A stretch of 64,000 nt of DNA from Eledone cirrhosa (lineage: Eukaryota): assembly GCA_964016885.1 (NCBI GenBank), contig OZ024742.1, positions 20,398,001 to 20,462,000 of the forward strand, read 5' to 3'. The notes under the pieces are model-generated. The model had not been told where the DNA came from. It searched no databases and was given only the letters and a program-made list of their open reading frames with translations. This document shows positions 58,106 through 64,000 of the stretch, in pieces. The stretch's first letter is position 1, and each line of letters begins with the position of its first letter. The position numbers and the translations under genes are program-made.

Positions 58106-58439
58106 ACCCACACATAAAAATTTCAATTAACACTGTTACTGTTTATCTTTAGTTAAAACATTTACCTAAAATTACTATAAACCAATTTGCATCAGCTTAA
58201 TTAATTAATTAATTAATAAACAAACTAATATAAAATGAAACGTTTCCGTCCGTGTAATTTTTATAAATTATTGAATAAATTAGCCATAAAATGTTTTACA
58301 GCTTCGTTTAGTATTTTATAGTTATGGTATATTGGCCCGTCTCTAAAGAGGAGCTGTCTCTTTCTAAATAATATGAAACTGCTATAAAATCTGAAATAAG
58401 ACAATAAATACTCTGTCTGTGTATGTGTGTGTGTGTGTT

Positions 58440-58760
58440 AGTGTTCGACCTCCGTCGGTTCCAACGACGTGTGTTTCAGTTGTTCGAACAACGGAACAGC
58501 TATGCTCGTAAAATTAACGTGCTGGTGGCTGAGCATTCCACAGACACATATGCCCTTAACATAGTTCTGAGGGAGATTCGGTGGAACAGTGTGTGACAAG
58601 GATGGCACTTTAAATTAAAGTTACGACTAATTTTTGCCAACTGAGTGAACGGGAGCAACATGAAATAAAGTGTCTTGCTCAAGAAGATAACACGCCGTCA
58701 GAAACCGAATCCAAGACCTTACGATCATGAGCCAAACACCCTAACCTCTAAACCACACAC
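58440..58760 (-). mobile_element. Second tRNA-derived SINE family
   Basis: Reverse complement contains ttgagcaagacactttatttcatgttgctc; homologous to 54083-54410. Confidence 0.78.
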
Positions 58761-59338
58761 CTTCAATGTAATGTTCTGTTAAAGAAATTTCACAAATTTG
58801 GGTTTCTCAATGTGATAACAACTCAAGCTACTCTATCGACCACTAAATAACGACGACGCTCAATTATACTTGGTTGCTAAATTTACTAGACATAGCAACC
58901 AAATCTTCCTCGTAGTACTCTCTGCTGTCTTAAAACAGAAAACACATTGGATAATATAGTCCTAGATATTCTACATCGGAAAAGAAAAGTAGGTCGAACG
59001 GCAGTGGAAGTACTGAGCTGATGCTTATCTTAGATAGAAGGCTATAGCCTATGGCAAGTATCTTTACTCTTGACGGAATGGAATTCAGCACTACAAATAA
59101 CCATAGTGTTCTGCAGTTTGGGCGAAATTTTGGCAGAGTGGCTAGAACGTCGAATAGAATGATTTGTAGTATTCGTTCCGACTCTCTACTTTCTGAGTTC
59201 ATAACCCGCCGAAGTCATCTTTTCCTTTCATTCTTTCGTTTAAACAGTACCAGTTCTGTAATAGGGTTGATTCTTCCTCTATATCTCTTTTCCACTCCCC
59301 TCTCTTTCTCTATCTATCTATCTATCTATCTATCTATC

Positions 59339-59895
59339 CGGATTGGTCCCACCCGTGACACCAATCCGGTTGACCACTGAGTCCATTGTAACGATCAAGC
59401 CACCTCCCCCCTTCAAAAATGAAGGAGAGGCGGTCTTCCTCTGTGTAATAGCCATGGTGAAAGAGGTGGTATGGTGGACACGTTTGAAAGGGCTGAGGTC
59501 GGACACCTTTCTCTCCGGCCAACAACTGGTCCTTTTCTTTAAATACCATTTTAAGAGAAGGATCAGAATGGAGAGAGAGGTGCTCTACCCCAGCAAGTTT
59601 TATGAAAGGTGGGTGAAAGTAGCGAGAATGGCCCGTGTGAATGGGCCTTCTCTCTTTATCAGCCTGTAGGTGGAAAGGTGGAAGTGCAAAGGAGCACCCC
59701 CTCTCTGAGCTCCTAAGGAAAAGGGTTGCACACTTTTTCGGGGGGGGGGTGTAACCCCCAAAACGCCTCCTCCCTATTGAGGACTATATTGTTAATTTTA
59801 TATTTGTTATTTGTTTTTTACTCGTTCCTTTATGTAAACCCCCCCCCCTTATATTTGTCCCCTTCTTTTGTGCCTTCGTGGCAAATAAATAGAAA
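59339..59895 (+). mobile_element. 3' fragment of an L1/Tx1-like LINE inserted in (ATCT)n
   Basis: ORF end AMVKEVVWWTRLK..REVL..KFYERW..; 3'UTR ending in aaataaatagaa; (TCTA)n on both flanks. Confidence 0.65.
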
Positions 59896-60635
59896 TCTAT
59901 CTATCCATCTATCTATCTATCTTGTTCTCCTGCTCTGGTAACTCGCCGAAGTCATCTTTTCCTTTCATCCTTTCGAGGTTGTTAAAAAAATTACCAGTTC
60001 TCTCCGATATCTCTTTCCCACTCCCCTCTCTCTCTCTCTTTCTACCCTTCTCCCTCCTCTCTCTCTCTATCTATCTAACTATCTCTTTTATTCTCTTTCT
60101 CTAGTAGAAGAACGGCAATGTTCAGACATAAAGATGGATGAGCTCCGTTAGGTTTAAAATGCTCAGTAAACGCTGTTTATCTACTACTGGTGACAATTCT
60201 TCTTCAGTCCCTCTCGATCACTTTTTATCTTTCTCTGGAAGAAATCTACTGCGTTCAGACCTGAAGAGAGATGAAGCTCCGCCAGGTTTTTTAAACCCAT
60301 GCCTAAAAAACGTCATATGCCACTACGGTGCCCCTACGACTCCATCAGGAGTTATGGTTCTATGCGGGTCTATCTCTTCAGTTGACAGTACTTCCACTAT
60401 CTACGATGTGGGTGTTGTTTTTAGCAAGTTACCTTTTAGATTTAAATCTAATGACCACAGACAAAACATAACACCTGTGACAGAACATAATAAACCCTTT
60501 ATTTTATTTTATTGTCTTCTGTTTTCCTACTACACTATCGTCTCGACTATCTTTGTGTGTGTGTGTGTGTGCGTGTGTATATGAGTGTGTGTGGGTGTGT
60601 GTGTATATATATATGTGTGCGTGTATGTGTATATA

Positions 60636-60720
<85 letters not shown>

Positions 60721-61253
60721 AATCATGATGTTTATTTTATCGATCTTGTGAAGTCATGTTTAAAATCGATCTCAGCTGGACTTGGAATTTGATTGCAAAT
60801 ATCGAAAGATAAAGAGAGGGTAGAGACAGTAGTCAGAGAGAGGGGGAAAAGACAGACAGAGAGAGGGAGTAGAAAGAGAGACAGAGAGTCAGACAGATGC
60901 AGATATGATTCGATATAAAACACCTTAAGTCATTTAATCTGATCTTTTCCTATTCCTACCAACTTATCAACTGATAGTATTAATTACTTCTATATATTTT
61001 ATCATTCCAACTGGAAACTCCTCCGACCTTTCATTATCTCAATCTTTCAAACCAATAATAACATATATCACAAGACACACAGAGTGACACTATTAGCGTC
61101 CTCACACGGCGATCTTAGAAACAGCAAATAAAGGTAAATAATCTCCTGTAGCTTACTTCAAACATTGATTGATCAAGATGAATTTACTCAATATTTCTCT
61201 CCTTATCTGTTCAAATCGTTTTATCTTGGATATTCATGTCACATAGAATTGGT

Positions 61254-61327
61254 CGGTCCTTGGCCAAGTGGTTAAATAGTTCGCTTTGTAATCGTTAGGT
61301 CTCGAGTTCGATTTCACTGTACGGCAT
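61254..61327 (+). mobile_element. tRNA-derived SINE head or tRNA pseudogene
   Basis: TGGCCAAGTGG A box and GTTCGATTT B box; poor acceptor stem. Confidence 0.55.
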
Positions 61328-61680
61328 TCACCATAGCCACAAGTGGAACCGTGTTTTATAAGTTGAATTGGGTATACACACAAGCACATGGACACACACA
61401 CTGTGATGAACAGGCAAAACTCCTGAGTAACAAGACTCTCACTATTTAGCCTTAATGAAATGAATATTAAAACTTTGCTTTGGTATAGAGTACTCTTTTT
61501 TTCTCAGCCGTCAACCACAACATATATACATATATATTGGATTGTAACATAAATTCCCGCCGGTTTTTAATGTAGAGATTTTATAATAACGGCTGGAATT
61601 TATGTTACAACCTAATATATTCGGTCTGCCGAAACTGGAACGTCTGTTGTGGGTTGGTTTAGCACGAGTTATATATATAT

Positions 61681-62092
61681 AAGGAAAAAAGATGAAATCG
61701 AAAATGCAACTGGGGTCTTTTTTTTTATATATATTTATTTGGTTCCTTTACCGGTTTCGCAGTTTTTGTGTTTTTCAAAAGTAGAATTGAGATGGAGGGT
61801 TTGTAGTTTTTCTCACATCTGGTTGGTGTTTGAATGTTACTTCTGTTTTATATGGAAAAAGTGGCTCGAAATGCTAGGTTTTTAGAGAAGTAATTTGGTT
61901 GGTTGGTGAATAAGTATAATAAATTTCGCGCCAGTTCGCGTTACAAAGTTCTTATTATATTTGCCTTCAAAGAGAGGGGGCGGCTCATGTTGTTTTTTCA
62001 TATATGAGTGAAGTTTGGTTGATTGGTGGAGTCACATGAATAAGCACATCAGCTTTCGCGCCAGTTTGTGTTTGAATTTCTTTTTACTTAAA
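61681..62092 (-). mobile_element. Probable PLE 3' fragment with minimal hammerhead motif (61746-61781)
   Basis: Reverse complement ctt TTGAAAA acacaaaaactgc GAAAC CG GTA aag; TA flanks; internal ~130-bp duplication. Confidence 0.55.
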
Positions 62093-62103
62093 ATATATAT
62101 ATA

Positions 62104-63100
62104 TACTAGCAGCAGTACCCAGCGTTGCCTGGGTAGGTAAAATAATATCTGCTTTGATGAAAAGGTGTTGATCTTAGAGACTGCTTCTCGATGACTCATC
62201 TATGGCCTCACACAGGCCATGCGGGGGAGGGTGGTGATAACCTCTATCACTGAGAAACGCGGGTGACTGACGAAGGGGCAAGCTGGGGGAGGGAGGTAAT
62301 GACCTCTAACACTAAGCCAAATTTCCTCACGCTACTTGATTGGAAACCGATGAATTCTCAAATACACAACTAAAAGCTCAGACGACGTCAGTGGCCATCG
62401 TTTTGCCTTTGACCAGCTATAAGATGTGCAATGATAGGTTCTATCGTAGTATAAAAGTTGAACCAAATAAATTGATTTATGTGTGAGGTGGAGCCGAAGT
62501 TTCGAATTTGAACGAAATCGGTTGAAAAATGTAGGAGCTAGAGCCGAAAAGGCGGAAATATGAGCGAAAAGGTGATATTTTCAAATATTTAAGCGGCTGC
62601 CACGCCGTTTCTGAACAAAAAATCTAAAATGTAAAGCCATTTTAAGACGTGAAATAATCTGATCTAGCGTAATGTAAAATTTGAACAAAGTAGGTTGATT
62701 AATGTGGGAGCTAGAGCCTAAAAAGTGAAAATTTGAGTCTAAAAGTGGTATTTTTGAATATCTAAGCGGCTGCCACGGCGTCCCTGAACAACAAATGCAA
62801 AATATAAAGCCATTACAGGATGTGTAATGATAAATACTATTTTGCTTTAAAATTTGAACGAAATCAGTGGCAAAATGTGAGAGCTAGAGCCAAAAATCTT
62901 ATTTTTCGATACCTAAAAAAAGGTGACCCCTATCGATTTTTATCTGCAGAATGACCCCGGAATAAAAGAACGATATGGTGATATATGGGAAACACTCCCC
63001 GATGAGTAATCTATGAGCCTGTAAAGTTTCATGAAAATCGGTCATAAGATGTAGGCCCCTATAGGTAATACACAGACACACACATACTTAATTTTATATA
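62104..63100 (+). mobile_element. Non-autonomous Helitron/Helentron-like (HINE/DINE-1-like) element
   Basis: Starts actagcagcagtacccagcgttgcctgggt (hairpin). Has aagtttcatgaaaatcggtc. Ends acagacacacacatacttaattttatata. Three ~173-bp internal tandem units at 62505, 62678 and 62850. Confidence 0.65.
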
Positions 63101-63124
63101 TATACATATATAGAGAGAGAGAGA

Positions 63125-63905
63125 GAGATAAGCGGAGCAAGTAAAATTCAAACAATTTCTTAAAATAAATTAAAAAATATAATTTAAATATTTACCTAAT
63201 CCATTTGCTTTTACCGACGGTTTCACCTTACAAAAGATTGGAGATCCTAGGGATCTCCAATGGAAATGTTCGGATCATCATCGAGCATTTTCCTTTCCTA
63301 GGACAGAAGTCCCAAGAACGGCAAAATATATTGCCACCTGCCAGCTAACACAGGATCGAATGATGCCGTAAACTTGACCTATGCATGAACCAGCCCTTAG
63401 TAGAAGCAGCAAGTAAACATAGACGTGTTGTCTATCACGCCACTAAAAATAGCAGCTAAATAAAACAACGGATTTGTTCTCTACATAACGGAGAAAATAT
63501 AAAAGGAGATTAATATACCCACAGGTACTAAGTACCCCTGGAAATATATAGGGTGTGTATGATACAGTGGTTGTTACATTGGCAGGTGGCAATATATTTT
63601 GCCGTTCTTGGGACTTCTATTCTAGGGAAGGAAAATGCTCTCTGATGATCCGAACATTTCCATTCGAAGTCCCTAGGATCTCCAATTTTTTGTAAGGTGA
63701 AACCGTCGGTAAAAGCAAATGGATAAGGTAAATATTTAAATTATATTTTTTTATTTATTTTAAGAAATTGTTTGAATTTTACTTGCTCCGCTTATCTCAA
63801 TTTTATAGTTCTGGTATGTCAAATTAATACCATGGAACAACCACTGTATCATAGACACCCTATATATTTCCAGAGGTACTTAGTACCTGTGGGGATATTA
63901 ATCTC
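63125..63905. mobile_element. Non-coding PLE terminal-repeat insertion with two inverted repeats
   Basis: 63125-63343 inverted vs 63579-63798; 63506-63575 inverted vs 63836-63905; hammerhead in the arms. Confidence 0.75.
63636..63717 (+). ncRNA. Type I hammerhead ribozyme, canonical core
   Basis: TGCTct CTGATGA tCC..GGt GAAAC CGTCG GTA aaAGCA; mirror copy 63206-63287 (-) has a mutated core. Confidence 0.78.
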
Positions 63906-63988
<83 letters not shown>

Positions 63989-64000
63989 TCCAAGCCTAGG

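Noticed and set aside
61254-61327. Functional tRNA-Thr gene
   Set aside because: A and B boxes are present but the acceptor and T stems pair poorly; more likely a SINE head

Overview
Eukaryotic (animal) repeat-dense DNA with no recognisable host protein-coding gene. The SINE types and (TA)n richness suggest a cephalopod, but this is inference. Positions 1 to about 42 kb are one expanded (TA)n/(TATG)n microsatellite field filled with retroelements. It holds six large Penelope-like element (PLE) insertions from five families, encoding RT plus a C-terminal GIY-YIG endonuclease; four families look like the (TA)n-targeting Hydra-type clade, and one copy keeps an uninterrupted 827-aa ORF. It also holds short PLE 3'-end fragments and four copies of a non-autonomous RTE-derived element. 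Reading by eye, nearly every PLE family carries a type I hammerhead ribozyme in its terminal repeat, including core variants and one with a ~115-nt stem II. Every two-armed PLE insertion has two outward-facing 3' ends, one short and one long, at family-fixed positions; in family D the two ends swap arms between copies. Positions 42-64 kb are intergenic-like, with 16-bp and 28-bp minisatellites, tRNA-derived SINEs, RTE and Tx1 LINE remnants, a Helentron-like element and more ribozyme-bearing PLE tails. All RNA folds and family assignments were made by inspection, not computed.
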